Virus record (IMG/VR): IMGVR_UViG_3300034082_000137
Source: an uncultured virus (IMG/VR IMGVR_UViG_3300034082_000137)
Lineage: Duplodnaviria > Heunggongvirae > Uroviricota > Caudoviricetes
Strand: one strand, 5' to 3'
Length of the DNA stretch: 64,000 nt
Shown: positions 62,691 through 64,000 of the stretch, piece by piece
Numbering within the stretch: position 1 is the stretch's first letter
Layout of the letters: the number at the start of each line of letters is the position of its first letter
Translations under genes and position numbers: made by a program
The notes under the pieces: generated by a model
Told to the model about the DNA's origin: nothing
Database searches by the model: none
Seen by the model: only the letters and a program-made list of their open reading frames with translations

Positions 62691-64000
62691 TTAAACTGTG
62701 TAGAACCGCTCACTGCGGTAACCCTTGAACCATTTAATATCTTCAGGCTCGTCACTTGGTAGGCGAAGAAACCCACCCTGACGGAACCGCATGAGTGCTA
62801 GAGTGGTCGCGTCAACCAAGTCATCGTGCTCCCCAGAAGGGAACGCAGCGACCTCATCCACTAACTCTTCAGCCCAGCGGGTACGAGGAACCCATACTTT
62901 CCCAGACGCAATTATGTCTGAGACTGCGTTCAAACGGGCAATTTTGTCTTGCCCCTTGCCCGGAGTAAATTCTTGGGCCGGTATGCCCATAGCCCGGAGC
63001 TCATATATTAGAGGTGCGCCAGACGCTTTCTTCTCGATTAACACTCCGTCAGGCTGATACTCGTTGTACTCCTTCAGAACATCTCGTTTTAGGTCGGGAT
63101 ATTCGACACGTTTCTTATACGTGTTCAAAAGGATGATGTTTTTCGTCTGATCTTTATAGTGCGTGAAGATTCCCCACGTCGTCCCAGCAGAATAGTCGGC
63201 CCTGTTGTTCTTCTCGAACGCCGTGTCCCACGTTTGTAGAATATATTCACAGTCTGGCGGCTCATCTTCCTCCCACCACTGCCACCAATCGCGTTTTACG
63301 ATGGCTGACTCGTTGCCCACAGGGTTTTGCTGGTACTGAGCCTGCCATTTAGAGTTCGGGAGCTCGTCTTTTAAGGCTGTAAGCTCCTGCATTGACCAAA
63401 ATTCAGGCCAAAGTGGGGTGTTGGAGGGCAAAATAGCCGGAAATTCGATCACTTCCCACTCTTCACCAGACCTTTGGGCCGCTGCTTTGAGCACTTGGCC
63501 CGTCAAATCCCTCTGGGCCCACCGTGTCATCACTATAACAATAGAGCCGCCCGGTTGCAGACGCTGACGCGGACCTGACGTGTACCACTCATACACTTTA
63601 TCGTAGATTTCTGGGTTGCTTGCTGCCATCGCAGCCTCTTGCTCCGAGTGCGGGTCATCAATAATTAGTAGGTCAGCGCCCTTACCGGTCACCGTACCGC
63701 CCACACCGATCGCAAAGTAGTCACCACCCTTGGATGTGTTCCACCGGCCCGCCGCTTTCGAGTCCGCTTGGAGCTGCAGCTCTGGAAAGTTGCTGTGATA
63801 TACCTCGGAATCTACCAAGTTACGCACCTTTCGTCCAAAGCCCACGGCTAACTCGCCTGTGTTGGAACTCTGGATGACCTTCTTATTAGGGAACTTCCCT
63901 AGAAACCAAGCTGGAAGAAGATAAGATGCGAACTCAGACTTAGTATGACGAGGAGGCATGTTAATAATAAGACGCTTGCACTCACCTCGAGCCACACGCT
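62691..64000 (-). CDS. terL: Terminase large subunit (5' end outside the window)
   Basis: MPPRHTKS, LIIDDP, VMTRW, WDTA, HDDLVDA; frame open to the window edge. Confidence 0.95.
   Translation of the reverse strand, partial: RVARGECKRLIINMPPRHTKSEFASYLLPAWFLGKFPNKKVIQSSNTGELAVGFGRKVRNLVDSEVYHSNFPELQLQADSKAAGRWNTSKGGDYFAIGVGGTVTGKGADLLIIDDPHSEQEAAMAASNPEIYDKVYEWYTSGPRQRLQPGGSIVIVMTRWAQRDLTGQVLKAAAQRSGEEWEVIEFPAILPSNTPLWPEFWSMQELTALKDELPNSKWQAQYQQNPVGNESAIVKRDWWQWWEEDEPPDCEYILQTWDTAFEKNNRADYSAGTTWGIFTHYKDQTKNIILLNTYKKRVEYPDLKRDVLKEYNEYQPDGVLIEKKASGAPLIYELRAMGIPAQEFTPGKGQDKIARLNAVSDIIASGKVWVPRTRWAEELVDEVAAFPSGEHDDLVDATTLALMRFRQGGFLRLPSDEPEDIKWFKGYRSERFYTV

Larger units (their letters stand above)
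1..64000. mobile_element. Tailed dsDNA bacteriophage genome (podovirus-like), nearly complete
   Basis: Terminase, portal, major capsid, tail, lysis and replication genes in two convergent arms; no cellular housekeeping genes. Confidence 0.97.

Noticed and set aside
25046..63057. Numerous + strand ORFs over the virion arm (and - strand ORFs over the early arm)
   Set aside because: Antisense shadows of long, well-supported genes, without RBS or motifs
1..64000. tRNA genes, integrase/att sites, phage RNA polymerase, introns or inteins
   Set aside because: None recognised by eye; intergenic gaps are short and the polymerase, helicase and terminase appear uninterrupted. tRNAscan and HMM searches were not run

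Overview
Nearly complete genome of a tailed dsDNA phage (Caudoviricetes, podovirus-like virion). No integrase, RNA polymerase, tRNA or host genes are visible. The + strand (243-24940) carries many small early genes, a MoxR-type AAA+/VWA-metallopeptidase module and a replication module: VRR-NUC, family A DNA polymerase with Leu at the 762-equivalent position, Cas4-like nuclease, HNH, SNF2 helicase, SSB-like protein and primase-helicase. The - strand (64000-25030) carries terminase (cut off by the window edge), portal, GroES-like protein, scaffold, Mu gpT-like major capsid, small basic proteins, adaptors, a modular tail-fibre region, lysis genes, nozzle and ejection proteins including a 2216-aa polyvalent protein. 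The most notable unexplained signals are: (1) a ~78-nt transcription unit with its own promoter and terminator and an exposed anti-Shine-Dalgarno tract at the convergence of the two arms; (2) a multi-pseudoknot RNA downstream of the capsid gene; (3) a T4 T-like GAF-domain holin beside a second holin; (4) three tail paralogs with conserved ends and variable cores; (5) duplicated promoter-leader cassettes with a palindromic operator and TTAGA-flanked ribosome-binding sites; (6) a repeat- and hairpin-rich non-coding region at 830-1455. All family assignments are from motif recognition by eye; no database search was run.
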